From the NCBI GenBank assembly GCA_051294905.1, contig CM119372.1:1426001-1490000 (forward strand): 64,000 nt of DNA, given 5' to 3'. The DNA comes from Botryllus schlosseri. Its lineage: Eukaryota. The translations under genes were made by a program, and so were the position numbers. The notes below the pieces were generated by a model. The model made no database searches, was not told the DNA's origin, and saw only the letters and a program-made list of their open reading frames with translations. Of the stretch, positions 23,901 through 38,217 are shown piece by piece. Position 1 is the first letter of the stretch, and each line of letters opens with the position of its first letter.

Positions 23901-26900
23901 TGTACAAATAAAAAGTAATCGTTCTTTCACAAAGAAATCGATTAAATAAGGGAAGTAGTCGATTACGATTACGATTACTTCGGAATTTTTTCGAATGTAA
24001 TCGATTGCGATTACGATTACTTGAAAATGCTGTAATCGTCGCAATCGATTACGATTACTAATCGCGATTACCCCATGTCTGCTACATACTAGCAATTAGC
24101 CTAACTAAGAGATCTATCGACTACTCGGGACCTATCATCTGGAATGCATTACCACCACATATCCGTGAATTGCCTTATAATAGATTCAAAAAAGCCCTAC
24201 TTGATCACCTCTTGTCGTTACACTAACACTGTTGCCCTACCTCGCCCAGACATTGCTTCATTGATCATTTGCCACCATTGTTTAATTTTTTTTCTATTTT
24301 CCTTTAACTAAACATTTCTTTACAGCCAGACTGTTCAGAGTCAAGTGTACCTGTTTGATGCTGGTGTGATCAGACTAGATGACCTTCACGGTCTTATCGA
24401 TCATTCCTATCTAATACTGAATACTGTGCATGCATATTTTCTGTACCACCATCACTGCCGTTAGTTATGTATTTTGGTTCGATGAAAAATAAAGACTCTC
24501 TCTCTCTCTCTAGCCTATATACCCGCAGATTCCATTGTAATTCAAACAAGAATTTGCAATTATTATTATTATTGGTTCGAATTATGACATCATACTAGTG
24601 AAAATAATCCTCATAATCTCTTATATGATTATTTTTAAAACGATAAATTTCACCTTCATATCTCAGGCCATAAGTTATTAGGACCTTAATTTAGTTTGGA
24701 ACCGCTGTTGTGTTAAGGGGGCGCCCAAGAAAAAAGGTGACGAACCACTGGTGTAACGTGTATACTGCATATCACAGTAATATCAAGGTACTTGTTTTAT
24801 CTCAAATCATAGTCGCCCAAATCTACTTACCATCCTCGGAAAGATGGTCGTCAAATTCACCACGTCTAGCATTGCAAACGACCTTTTTCTTTTATAGATG
24901 GCTCAACAGCAAAAAAAGATGACTCAAAGAAATCTCGAATCTGGGTCGCGACAATGGTTGGGATCATATCACTCGCCAGGATTAGTCATGTAAGTAATCT
25001 AGGTAAACGAAGCCTGGTTTTATCTGCCAAACTCTTGAGGGGTAAATGCGTTTCGATTAAAAATTGGCATAGACTTAATACTGATTCGTTGCATCTAGCA
25101 ATTATTTACCGGAATCGTTTACAGTTAACGCCTAAGAAACAGAGAGATCAGATTTATTCTCGTCTGCACAACCCGAGGTGCGATACAACCTTCAAGTAAG
25201 GTTATCTAGTCTGCACCACCGTGATTTTTATCCTCCATGCTATCACCGAATGCTGAGAGGGGTAGCCGCGCTGACCCGGCCGGGGATTGAATCCGCGACC
25301 CACTTTGAATCTCGAAGTCTTCGACAAAATTTGAGAAATGACGGCTGATGCATTCAATTAATCATAAACGAATACAGTAACACAGAGTAGGTCGCGACAG
25401 TATGTTTAAAATAATGGTCACCTGCAGTTAAGGAGAATATACCTATACAAAGAAGTAAAGAAGTAAAGTGCAAGCGACCGTACGAAACAGTGTAACTAGT
25501 GGCATACTCACAGCAAACCAACTAAACTAGGGTAGTGATGCTTACCAACATTTACAATGTAACGCAAAGCCTAATTACTTAATAATCACTGCCGCAGATT
25601 ACAGCAGCAACAAACGGAATAGCTTAATCTCCAAATCATTGTTCATTATACAGGGCCTATTCATCTCCATTACTGGGCCGACGTTGCTTTTCCTAGCGGA
25701 AAACGTAAATACAGACGTTGCAAAAGTTTCCTACATATTCAGCGGACGCTCGGCGGGGATTCTGGTCGGGGCTGCAATTTTCAGCGCCGTTGTGAACCGC
25801 TATAAGGAATTTAACCCACTGCTGAGTTTGGGTGAGTAATTATTGGCAAACTAGATTAGACTAGAATCAGAGTCAATGAATTCGCAAAAACTTGGCAATT
25901 GAACTAAATTCCCGATTTGAATTAAATTCAACAAAATTCAAATTCAGTTTATATCATCAGAGTTGATCCTCATAAGCACGAGAATGTCAAATGTCTGCAC
26001 CAACCAAGCTTGGCTCGTTTCGCACTATAGGCTACATTTCTCCTGCAGTATTTCCAAGAAAATCATAAATTAGATTTAAAAAAATGGGAGCGTAGAAACA
26101 TCTCCGAAATTAGATTAGAATCATATTACCAGAATTTCGCCCTCATTAGCCTAATTAGACGGCTGGGGTTTATGATAAAGCGCGCCTAACCTTCGAATAC
26201 TTCCGGTACATTCCAGGAATTGGTCTCGGCGTTAACGGGGTGGTTCTGTTTATTACGCCGTTCCTGACGAATCTCTGGGGGCTTGTGATCGCCACTACCG
26301 TGGGAGGATTGATGTTCGGTTACCTGGATGCAGGTTTGAGATCGGTCGTATTTTTTAGCCTTAGATATGGTGAAATGTAGAGTCCGAAGTGGTCTGCAAC
26401 GAAGCAGGTCTACGAAAGACGGTTTGCATACATCTATGTGGTTATGTACTTGACAATTTAACTTTGTGCCAAAATTAATGACTTTTTACACTTTAGATTT
26501 GCAAAGTAGAAAGTAGATTAGGGATATGTATGGATCGATTGAGTGAAATTATCACGGAAACTGCGCGAATAAGCACCTGTATCACGGTAACTGAATATAC
26601 TTTCGAAAAACGCACCTACTTTTCATCAGTGATTTTGTGCCAGTCGCAAAGACACATCCTGCAAGTTCTAAGGGTGGCAAGATAGCGTAGTGGTATGATC
26701 CACGGCCGCGGGTGCGAGTCTGACCGAAGCCGACTCCAGAATTCCTACATAAGTGTTGGAAGTTTATTTAGGCTCCACCTCGCCACCTGATCCGTGCAAG
26801 CGGTGTCTTTAAAAAGCGTAGAATTGGGCCATGCTATACAAGTCGCAGGTACAGCGTCCAGCACAGATAAACTTCTCCCGAACAGATCTATTGGATGATA

Positions 26901-29900
26901 TTTAAAACGGCAAACTTGAAAATTGCAGGCATGCAAGCGGTTTACTTGCGGTTGTGGGGAGAAAAGGGCTCTCGACCGTACATCCAATCGTTTCATTTCG
27001 GATTCAGCGTTGGAGCGGCACTCGCGCCACTCATCGGTAAGCGCAGTTACCGTCTATGTCGGAAGCCCAAACCCAGAAGAATACACATTATTTGCTCAAG
27101 CATATATATTTGTATATAGCAATGGTTCTCAACCCTCAATTACGTAACCTGTCGAACCCTTACCCTAATCTGCACTCCTTCCGATAACCCAAAATTTTAG
27201 CCGAGTCACCAAGCCAAAACTCTGCCACATTACCAGGCCGTGTTATTTTTGGCATATGCCAAAACTGCCAAAAATAACTTATTTTTGGCATTTTTCGATT
27301 TTTATTTTTGGCAGTTTTGGCATCGTCCTCTAAATTGATAGTTTCAGCCTCGAATTAGTCACAAAAACGCTTTATTTGGGCTAGTTTGTCAAAAGACACC
27401 ACAAAATGTGCAGCATCCACGTATAATCAGTGCCAACAAACACAGAAGAAAAAACCTAACGATTTCATTGGTTAATTATATCAAACGATACCACAAAATG
27501 TGCAGTATCCATCGGAATCGGTGCCAATAAGCAAAAGAAAAAGAAAAGCCTAACAAACACGCTCAACAGCTGATTGTCACAGTTGTTGAATAGACTTAAG
27601 TCGTTTGCACTGTAGCAGTGCTTCCAAACTCAGGTCAGCTAAGTTTCTCCTAAATTCATTTCTTGCCCAGCGAATCTGGGAAATATCGGCTTCATCAGTA
27701 GCCGCTGAGGGAAAGAATGTTGCCAGTCATCCACAAAAGGTTTTCAGAGCTTCAAAATCTTTGGAGGGCCGAACCGGCTTCCATGCATCATGAAAAGAGA
27801 TCACTTCACCAGTGCCATCGACCTCATCGCGGAAATAATTTTCTTCCTGATCCTTTTCCAGGAGTTTCCTGTGTTGTCTCTCAACACATTCTATGTAGTA
27901 GCCCGACTATCATTTCTCCTTTAGTCTACCGATATATTTTCGGAGGACATTTTTTCACTTCAGGTGACTTTAATATTACCAACTCGCATGAAGGAGTCCT
28001 GGGAAGGTTAGCTTGTTTAAGAACATTGACGCAACAAGACTGTCTGGCAAAACGAGACTATGCAGCTCAGAAATAGCCAGACAGTCTGTTGCGTCACAAT
28101 GTTCAACTCGATCACAGTGCAAAAATCGTGGTTGATTTCGGGATTCCAGTTCCATGAGCAGAATATAATTTATATTTTAATAATCAGTACTGTGGCCGCT
28201 TCTCATTGATACCCGTGTTATCAGATTTAGCGCTCGACAAGCCGGTCAAAAATGGTCGTAAAATTGCCTTTGGACAAATGGAAAGTATGACGTAAACCAA
28301 ATGCAGTCAGCCGTTCAATCTCGCTGTGCCCACACCATTTAGGACACCATGCTTTCACCCCTAATGGGTGGGCTGGACCCAGATTAAGAAACCTGCCTTT
28401 CACAAACGCTCTTCTCGCTTGTAACGCGGTTCTGTTAACACAACACCATGAACGAAATACACTATTTGGCAGGCCGTGTTATTTTTGGCATATGCCAAAA
28501 ATTGCTTATTTTTGGCACTTTCAAATTTTTATTTTTGGCAGTTTTGGCATCTGGCTCCTGAAATGCCAAAAATAACACGGCCTGCACATTACTCATAATC
28601 TAAAAAACAACACTCTAGAATACTTGTACGCAAATTGATCTGTGTAATGTGCATCAACCACAGTGTTAAAAGAACAATCCATTGAACATGATTTCCCAGC
28701 AAAACCAAAATATGATATTGAATATTTGCCGAAAATCAGCGTGACTTCTGATGAAAGAGTCCGGCGTGTGTTTTGGCCTCCCTGTTTTAAATAATAAATA
28801 AATAGAAAGTTGAGAATCGGCTTGTTTTGTAAATCACATGTCACATGTCACGTGCGAGTGTGTTTGTTGGTGATGATAACTTTGGTGAAAATATTTCCAG
28901 CCCAACCATTCTTGAGAGAAGCGAGCCTGACAGACTCGGGGAGCACGTGTCCCGATTCTGGAAACCAAGCGCTGGAATCGACGACTGTCATCTCCGTTCC
29001 CGAAGTAAACACAACCGCTGCAACGCCGGAAGGTATATGCACAATAGGGTGGTTCAAAAGAGATTTTTGTGAAATTTCACTACCTACCCCACGAAATTGT
29101 TAGATCGCCTACAATTGAAACGATCCATAAAAATCTGGTTGAATTGCAACACGAGAAGAGAAGATATTACAGCAGAAAATTCTGTACTTACTGAATATAA
29201 TTCTTTTCAAAGGTCACTGACGACTGAAATTGTTAGGTTACCTAAAAAAAACGATGACGAATTATGCTTAATTCCAACCCGTAGAAGCGAAGTTATCGTA
29301 GTAGATGATTTTGAATTTGCAGAAAATGGTATTCAAGGTGGGAAATTCGTTCATTTAGATACGCCGACAAATTGTTGTTCACCACCTATGAACGAGAAGA
29401 AATGCGTATTTAGATGTTTCGATCTTTATATTTCCTTTGAATAGAGAAGCATTGCCGTATATTTGAAATGAATTCGACACCAAGCATATTTTATGAAAAG
29501 AGAAAGTCACCGTGATATCGTCATTAACCATTTCACCTTGGAAAGTTATTTTAGAACAGTGATTCCCCACCTTTTTGTCTTCATTCCCCACTTGAGATTT
29601 ATTCTGAGCCTTCATTCACCACTATTCAAAACTTTTGTCATTACGGAGCACCTATCAGCTTGTTTAAGTACACAATACACACAACCACACGCAAGACAAT
29701 CGCCTATAACTGCAACATAAAACATATTGCGAACCGATACCCGTAACCCTCAAAATTTAGCGAAAGCACGTCATACTGACCGGGCCGGATGTGTTTGTGA
29801 CGCCATCATTGGTTATCCGTACAACAACACGCAATATAATTTTCGATACATACATTCCAGAGCAGTTAGCTCGTAACGGTAGTTGCGAATGTGTCTCCGT

Positions 29901-32900
29901 AGATATGTAGACTGCCTCCGTAGATATGTAGAATTCCCCACCGGTTGGGAACCACTGTTTTAGAACAACCCTCATCCACAATCTTGAACAAATATGCGAC
30001 TGTGATTGACGATGGACATTGGATGAGATCCAATTAATAAACCCTGAGTTTCCGAATATTGACGGTGTATAGGATTATGTTGCTATTCTAAAAAATGTTA
30101 TTTTCTCGATTAGTGCAGGGGCTCCCATCCAGGGGTTTATGAGTCTTTTTCAGGGGGAAGACATGAAATAACGTGAAAATGTCTCATCTTCATGACCACC
30201 CTAATATAACAAACGAAATAAATTGAAATCTAATAAAAATAATATAGTACAACAATAAAGTAAACTTCTTGATCTCGAGTTTACTTTGTTCCCTCCGCGG
30301 CCAATCAGCAAGAAAGACATTATCAGAGCAAAACTAGCTTAACCAACACATTAACTGAATATGTCAACCAATTAATGTACTCAGGTTCAAGTTTATTCAT
30401 AAAATTTCATCGTTTCAAAACATCACAAGACTGCGATACCATGAAAGATAGGAAGTGGCCGAATGACTTGGAGTAGGCCTAGTCTTTGAGATCAGACACC
30501 CACCTGGGCCAAGGCGATGTAAATAGGAGGCATGTACAGTGTACACTGAATGAAAGTTAAATAAAATAATATAAATGACAAGCGACAAAATCAGGTGGGA
30601 AGTGACGGTATGCGTAATCGATATGTCAGGTCGTTATCCGGTAAATGGTGAGGTCTGACTAGCATTCCTTCAGTAGAAATTGCTTGTTTTTCGACTTGAA
30701 TGTGGACATGCACGACGACTGTGATATAGCCGACACTATCGCCTTTGTAATGTGTTTATCATTGGATCTATACCGTTTACCGTATAAACTATCGATTCTT
30801 AATTGTCTTTCAAAATGTTGAGAAAATAGAGTGACCATTGATTTTGCAAGGTTTTCTAAGGTGGTCACTGTGTAAAAAAGTCAGGAATCCCAGATTAGTG
30901 CTTTAACGATTTTCATATGTATACTGACTTTTGCAGACTTTTACTTCAATCCGGTTAATTGGTGTTTCGTGATAACCGGAACGTATACCATCATAATCGC
31001 CATCATCATGTCAGTTCTTGCTCTCATGAACATTGAGGGCAAAGTGGCCTCTCACAACGTGGAGACTACAGGTGAGTTTTACGCCTCTGCAGTGTTCGAA
31101 TAATAAAATCGAGCACAGCACGCGCATTAATAAGGATGGCGTCAATCACTGTAAGGTTCTGATTCTATATGTGAATATGTAAACACAATTTCTAGGAATT
31201 AGAACATAACTGTATATTTTAGATTGACAAATCTTACCTTTTCAGCTCCGCTTAGAGCAGGGGTTGGCAAACTACGGCCCGCGGGCCGCATGCGGCCCGC
31301 AACACCGTTCTGTGTGGCCCGCGTGAGTCAAAAGAAACCTATTAAAAATATTGATAAATGCTTACTAAAAATCGAATTGCATTAAATTTTTTAGCATATT
31401 TCACCATGATATTTTGAAGGAAGTGGTTCTCAAACTGGGGGGCGAGGCCCCCCTAAGGGCGTGAAAGCATCTGAATAATGGCGCGAAACTGAGATCAACT
31501 GAGAAAAATTTACACCCGATTCGCATTTGTCGCTCTGTATTTAGTATGAATTTCATATTTAAAAATCATCCAAAGTCGCAGCCTTCCATGTCATCAAACT
31601 ACCCGCTAGGTATGCTAGCATCCTGGTTGCGTTTTGTGATATGTCGATAGGGGGACGCGATATCTTTCACCATCATAAGGGGGCATGTCTTGCAAAGTTT
31701 GAGAACCACTATTCAAAAGTAAATACTTCCTATATTATTTTTTATGTTTAATGTCTGGTGCGACAGCCCGACATTAAAGCTCACGCAGTTTGAAAGGTTT
31801 CAACTGCTAAAAATCACAGAAATCCTAAACGAGATTGACGTAATACGGATCACGGGTGTGATTTCAGATTGGCCACTCCAGTTTTAATTTTTTCAGTGAT
31901 GTGGTTATAAAAAACGATTCGCGCTTGTGTTAGGTAGACTCGTTCTCTGTATGCGTATAATTATGATATTTATATTTTATCTACACACACTAGAAGCGTG
32001 TTTGAATCTAACATGCTTATGATGCCGTCAGCATTGTGTGTCCTGGAACTGAAACAAAAGTGGAATTAGCAAATCTATGAACAGATCGCTGCTGACAGAT
32101 TTAAATTTCAATCTTGTTCTAAGAATCGGGACCACCGACTTTCATCTCTATAGTTTTGACAAATTTGGTTATTGAGGTCTGTGAAATCTCGCCACTTTTT
32201 CTGGCGCATGTACGATATCATCAAAGCAATGCTTGGTTTGTGTTAAATAAGCATCTCCATGTCCTCACTATATAATCAAATACCAATATTGCGTTTTCGT
32301 TTATAATCCCATTTTATATAATGCGGCCCGCGAATGGATTCTGATGTTGAATGCGGCCCGCGAGATCAAAAGTTTGCCCACCCCTGGCTTAGAGGAATTA
32401 GCAAAAAGCCGTCTTGAACTGTTTGGAATTGTGGTTTGATGAGGTTCAATCTCGTTTTCCTCTCTTTCCATGCACGTCCATATCTGCATAAAATATGGCC
32501 GATGTAGCAGCGGTTAATCAGAGTCAGAGTCGAAAAACTAGACAATGTCCAGTATTTTCAAATTAGATAAGAATTTGAATCACCTTATACGAAAAACACA
32601 ACAAAAATAAAGTTCAATTCACATCAAATCGCAGTAAATTTTCATAAGCACGAGAATGACAAATGGTAAAAGTACGTACACCAATTAAGATTGCCGCGTT
32701 TCGTATACTATGCAGTTCTCCTGTAGCATTTTCAGGAAAAGCAGAAATTAGCTTGGTATTAAAATGAGAGCATGGAACATTTCACACATTAGGTTATACC
32801 GACATCTTTCCCTAATTATTGTATTTAAACATATAAAAATATTATAGGACTATGTCTAGTTCCGCTTTTAAAGCACTGGTGCGTAATTTACCACCAAGAA

Positions 32901-35754
32901 TCATGCATCCACTACGCGTATTTATCCAGATGACAGGACGCAGAATACTTGCAATGTTGTTACTATTTGCACCCAACTATACGGCCGCCTTGTATTTTAG
33001 AGTCGCGACCAGAAGAGCCGCTTAAAGATGTGTGGGTGTTCTTCATTCCTCTCTGCTTTTATTACTTTTGTTGCGTATCGAGCGAGATTGTTTACCAAGG
33101 ATATATTTACGTAGTAGCGCTCTGCTCTGATCTAGATTTCGATGTAAGTGAATATTGAATAGTATGTTCATATTGAAATGAACCCGAATATTTTCGGCTG
33201 ACACTCGTCAGGGGAAATCGTCAGCAACTAGTAGAATTGGAAAGAACATTGTAAATCAACAATCATATCACCAATATACAATGCTCTTTCCAATTCTCGA
33301 CTAGTTGCTGACGATTACTCATGACCAGTGTCAGCTGAAAATATTCGGGTTCATTTCAATCTGAATATAATATTCAATTGTATATTAAAGTTCAGCACCT
33401 CCAAGAATCTCGTTATGCGAATATTAGCAAAGAGACTCTTATTTTGTCAAGAATGTAGTAATTATATCCTACTTAATAACGGTGAATGATTAACCGGGGA
33501 CCCTCTTGCTCTTATAATATGACAGAATGACCAGAATTTCGAAAAAGCATAAAAAGGCCATGTTAAAATATTCCCGCGAAATATCTTCGAGTTATTATTA
33601 TCCCCTATGCATCCGACTTGTTTCTAAATGTTTGTCATGAATACTATTTCTGCTCGTGAAATATAACACCGATAGCTTGATTTGACTCTTTCATACAAAG
33701 TTATTGTGCGGCCTATCAGTACACTATAGGCTACCCACTGCTGCAAAAACATGAGAATTTTCAATTGGAGGAAAGCGAATATGAGAATTAAGTTTTTACT
33801 CATCATCTTTCAGACTTGTTACGAACTTGGCCAGTAAAAGTTTCTCTAGTTAAACAATATTTAAAGCAACTGTATTGTTAAGATTTAGTTAATTCCGACC
33901 TCTTTGTAGACCGACCAGGCGTCTCTCCTAAACTTCACTTTCTGGACTGGGTTCATGATCGGTCGAGGTTCTGGTATATTTTTGTCGAATTACTTTAAAC
34001 CCGGCACGATAATCGTTTGCGATTTGATTGGAACTACAACAGCGCTGGTAAGCGAATCTCAATGTATGCTTTAGTTTGTATATGCCATCTATGCTGCGAC
34101 ATATATGTGTGTCCAAGTTTTGAATTTATATGTTATATGCATTCTGACAGACAGACAGACAGAATTTTGTTTCCAAAATAAGAGAACTAATTCAGTGAAA
34201 TGGTGGACATCGATACGACCATTGGGTCATATAAGTCATATTATACATTCATATACATATGCTTATGCAATAACGATATATTTGAATGTAATATGCATAT
34301 TATGTATTTATATATCCTATATATGCGTATCTATACACTGTCGACACCGCTTAATTCGGACAATTTGGTTCCACCTACGTGTTAAATTCTCCATATACCA
34401 ATCTGTTCTACAAGATGCGCACTGCGCACGATTGTATCCAGTTCTAATCGACAATGAAGCTGGCATGGCTTTGTATGAGTTCATTGTAATCCCTCATCCA
34501 GTGTTTAATCGAACGAAGTAGGCTACTGTTTATTGTGCCATAACGCACCGATAGCAATTGCGACCGTGTATCCGAATTAAGCGGATAAGTGACAGAATTA
34601 ACCGCAGTTTATTACGTGCAATTGTTACTTTTGTCCCATTCCTGAGCATTTTGACCGAATAAAGCGGTTGTCCGGGTTATCCGGTGTCCGAATTAAGCGA
34701 AGTTGACTGTATCTGATTTGGCGAATTACTGGTGCCATTCAAATTCTACGGAGCACGTAACCAAACAAATGGCATACAATTCTACGGTTCGGCGATTGCT
34801 GATATAACCTCAAGATGTGAACTTGTAATCTCAAATCTAGACGGTGATGAGCATATGGGGTGAATACATACCATTGGTGACGTGGTTGGTGACCTTTTTC
34901 CATGGGCTTTGCGTCGCTACGCTATATTCAACTGGTAAGTCCGGATTGACTTATTCTGTTGGTTAGATTATGGTAAGATATTGAGTCGCAAGACTCAAGC
35001 AAATTCGGAAATTTCAATAATAGCAACCTACCACAGGAGTGTCCTGGACGTCGCAAGTAACAAACATGGCTGTCACCTATATATTTGTTTACAACATTGG
35101 AAATGCGATTGGGGCAATGACTATGATGCCGGCAGGCGGTGCCCTGGTGGAGAATGATCCATTTTCTGTAGTAAGTTGACTTGTACGTCTAAAATCTATA
35201 TTTTGGTATCACGACGCACAGACCAGACTTGGACAACTAGACAATTCTCGTTGTTTCATTAGAGCGAAAAGCCGGTAATTTAAATATAATGTAATCTCTG
35301 AAATGTTTCTATGCTCTCAGTTTAATTCTAATGACATTTCTGGCTTTCCTGAAAATGCTGCAAGAGAACGTTATCGTGCGAAACGACCCAAGTACAGAAA
35401 TTAGACATTCTCTTGGTTACGATAACGAAATCTGATTTGATTTGAAATGGAATTTAGTTCAATGTTCAAATGTTTGCGAAATCAATAATTTTAAATTCAA
35501 CTCTTGGACATACGAGTGCTATTGTTGTGCTAGGTATTACATTACATTATAATGATATGAATTATCGAGATATTCAGATGTACCTTGTCAACGGAACTTG
35601 CGCAGCTAACATCGTATTCTTCGGATTGATGGCATTGATTAGCAAAAAACGGAAGCAAAATTCTGTTACCGATATTCTCGCAATAAAGAGAGAAGAACAC
35701 AACGCTGGATACGAAAAAGAAGATTCCGAATTCGATATTGCCACCTCATTCTAA
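20914..35754 (+). CDS. MFSD4: MFSD4-like MFS transporter (sodium-dependent glucose transporter 1 type), copy A, complete; exons 20914-20941, 24898-24989, 25654-25831, 26217-26333, 26929-27036, 28901-29032, 30937-31071, 33001-33143, 33910-34047, 34841-34934, 35037-35170, 35578-35754; about 491 aa
   Basis: All junctions are GT-AG and phase-consistent, total 1476 nt with no internal stop. Family motifs GPTLLFLAENV...SYIFSGRSAG, GYLDAG, LWGEKGSRPYIQSFHFGFSVGAALAPLI, SEIVYQGYI, FWTGFMIGRGSGI; about 12 hydrophobic segments. The first 28-nt exon (MKDKDKGIT) is the least certain. Confidence 0.92.
21395..24081. mobile_element. 2.7-kb non-autonomous hAT element with GATTAC/GTAATC subterminal arrays, in copy A intron 1
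   Basis: TIR ctgacatggggtgat/attaccccatgtctg; perfect TSD CTACATAC. Contains a truncated CAGTGGTTCCCAACC MITE from 22942. A second copy starts at 59315. Confidence 0.9.
23032..23185 (+). repeat. 77-bp tandem duplication
   Basis: tacactgggttaacaagg...ctttacaaatgtat twice (23032-23108, 23109-23185), one mismatch seen. Confidence 0.9.
24099..24511 (+). mobile_element. Short 3' fragment of a young CR1/L2-group LINE with (CT)n tail
   Basis: Near-identical to the reverse complement of 41134-41540 (SIDYSGPIIWNALP...); ends aataaagactctctctc. Confidence 0.88.
25845..26160 (+). repeat. Copy of the CAGACTTGGACAACTAG-type MITE family in a copy A intron
   Basis: Core ctcataagcacgagaatg...cttggctcgtttcgcac...ctcctgcagtatttcc; boundaries approximate. 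Confidence 0.65.
26676..26783 (+). mobile_element. tRNA-derived SINE head
   Basis: A-box-like TAGCGTAGTGG, degenerate B box; body actccagaattcctacataagtgttg shared with 46435-46552. Confidence 0.55.
27234..28584. mobile_element. hAT-type element with CAGGCCGTGTTATTTTTGGCA TIR
   Basis: 21-bp perfect TIR; perfect TSD CACATTAC; TTTTGGCA subterminal repeats; extra internal left end at 28470. Confidence 0.9.
29557..29957. mobile_element. hAT (Buster-like) MITE
   Basis: cagtgattccccacc/ggttgggaaccactg; perfect TSD TTTTAGAA; relative at 59168. Confidence 0.85.
30390..30725 (-). mobile_element. 3' fragment of the LINE family seen at 12344
   Basis: Encodes QSSCMSTFKSKNKQFLL followed by the same 3' UTR, antisense in a copy A intron. 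Confidence 0.8.
31258..32386. mobile_element. hAT (Buster/Charlie-like) MITE with a nested MITE at 31421-31711
   Basis: caggggttggcaaact/agtttgcccacccctg; perfect TSD GCTTAGAG. Inner element agtggttctcaaact/agtttgagaaccact. Confidence 0.88.
33154..33411. mobile_element. Fold-back MITE starting 10 nt after a copy A splice donor
   Basis: Two inverted arms of about 100 bp; same family as 16556-16830. Confidence 0.85.
34338..34709. mobile_element. Pogo/Tigger-like MITE
   Basis: Imperfect TIR ctgtcgacaccgcttaattcggaca / tgtccgaattaagcgaagttgactg followed by TA; CCGAATTAAGCG subterminal repeats. Confidence 0.7.
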
Positions 35755-37298
35755 AGATATATGATTTCGACTCTGCTCGACGAATATGAGATTCAAACTA
35801 GGAAGCTGGTCCTTTTCATATAGAGCCCCGATAAGATAATATCAACGATGGGTTTCCTCATCTGAATTAGCTTTGTCAGGAAATATCATCTACAGCTGAC
35901 GGGCTTCTAAAGCACTGCAACCACGTAGAATGTCTGCTGCATAATGCTTAAGCAATGCTTATATATATATCTGTGCTATGTATTTCAGTAAGATTACTAA
36001 TTACATCATGTAACTGCGGCATACGTGTAGTTACTGAAGTAATATTCAGCAGTTAAGAATGGTTTTCAAATCGCTGGTAAAGACAAAGGACAGTATTTTA
36101 CAAAACAGGCCAGATTCTGATTCATGAGGTTTCATTTCAAATATATTCAAAGGTTTTCCTATAACCTCAGATGCACCAAAGCTATTTAACAAAATAGATG
36201 TTGTACTCCAATGGACAGCATGTAATATGGGCTATTAGCGGACTATTATGCATAAATGCTGTTAACATAATAATATCAAACTCTATGTTAGCCCACATCA
36301 TGATATATGAAGTCGCGTGTGCTGTGCTATGCTATGGGCAATCTATGAATTTGTGAAAGATGTTCTTAATATATCTTTCGGACGGATTCAAAACATTCAT
36401 TTCAGAATTTTTCATGCTGAATAACTCATCTACTCGATTCGTCCGCACTACACGATCCCTGACAACATGCCAGTAACATCCACGAGATAGTCACGCAGAA
36501 TTTAAAAATGTGTTTATATGAGCAACATTTCGTGTGATTTATGTCGTAATTGTAGTGCTGATAAACACCATCATTGATCATCATATGTTTAGTCGTCATT
36601 TCGGAACAGCACCAGGTCCTAACACCGAGAAGAAATATTCAAGAAATGAGGAGAATTGAAATTAAACTCTCTAATTACAGTTAGAACGTATCTTGGAGGT
36701 ACAGAATTACATTATACAATTGAATAATATATTCATATTTACATAAACCCGAATATTTTCGACTGACACTCGTCAGGGGTATTCGTCATTCGTCATTCAT
36801 CGACGAAAAAATTCCATAGGTGGTCAGGTCACAGAAGTAGATTCTATTGATGGCTCGCATACTCACAGCAATTAATCTGAGGCGGCTGATTTCGAAATTC
36901 CAACGTGCATTTTAACGATCAACGCAAAATGCCGTGACTGGTTGAATTTGGTTGAAATAATCTGCTCTGCTTACTTTAAGGCGGAAAGTTACTGAATCAC
37001 GTTACCAGCGAAGTGGTGTGGTCAGAGAGCAATCAATGCATTCACGGAAAGACATTTGTAGAGAGATGACGAACGCTGTCACTGTTTATCACTATTTACA
37101 TCGGACATTAACATTCATTGAAACGGGAGCCCCGCAGACCCCCATTTCGCGTTATTATTAGCAACTTAATATTAGTGCGACATATGGAACGGAAGGTGTC
37201 CAAACAACAAGCAGAATTCTTTGGAATAAGACACCCACCTGGACCCTGAAGTGTCAATAGAAGCATACATGCTAGATGAAAAGAAATAAGGTATAAGA

Positions 37299-38140
37299 CA
37301 GTGCTTCTCAACCTTTTGTCTTCGCGGACCCCTTTCGGACCGTCATGGACCCCGCGGACCCCCACAAAGTTTAGTTAAAATTGAGCTGAATTATCTTGCA
37401 ATCGTCATATGTCTTGGGCAAATGAAAACTGTAGGTCAGTGATAAGCAGCAATAAAATGATCTCTCTTGAACAAAAGATCATACTATTTCATGTAGAAAT
37501 TTGGTAGACTTCTATTATTTCAAAGCGAATTCTGCAACTGCATTTTTTTTAAATACGTGGTAGTGTCTTGAAAATTCGATTTGATATAAACGAGTGTCGA
37601 AATCCAATTCCATAAATATAGGTCGTGGCGAATGTAATAATAACGCGTAACGCTTCCGACGACAACTCTGGGTAGGGTATGATCGCAACAAATATGGCAG
37701 CAAAATTGACAAAACATTTTTTAATGAACATATAACGTCGAGCCTGGTCATTTCTATCTAGCGGCTTATCTGGAAGTTATTATGGAAAAGGGTTGAGTAT
37801 ATCACAGGAGAAAATGGATTTTTGTAAACATTTCAAAGTCACCGTGATTGACCTTACTCATCCAACTTTTCCCCACAATTCTCAACAAAACATTTCTAAA
37901 CAGCAAAATGCTTGTCTCGGAAGGCTATCGGCTATTTAGCAATTAAAATGAGTCTGCATCGTAGGATATTTCATCTCAGTTGGCCATTCTATTCATGTGA
38001 GCTCTGGAGTGTTACTAATAATAAAGCGAAACTGCCTCGTTCTTTTCCGAATTAAAACCATACAAATTAGGTTATCAACTACCTCGAGGCTTTGTGGGCC
38101 CCCTGAAAATGCTTCGCGGATCCCCGGTTGAGAACCACTG
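37299..38140. mobile_element. hAT (Buster-like) MITE, GGACCCC subterminal type
   Basis: cagtgcttctcaacc/ggttgagaaccactg; perfect TSD GTATAAGA; colinear copy at 49433-50228. Confidence 0.9.
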
Positions 38141-38217
38141 GTATAAGATGAAAATGAATAACGCATGTGTCGATAGGCGAGATTGACATGTCAGATCCGC
38201 AATTTTGTGGTCTAGAT

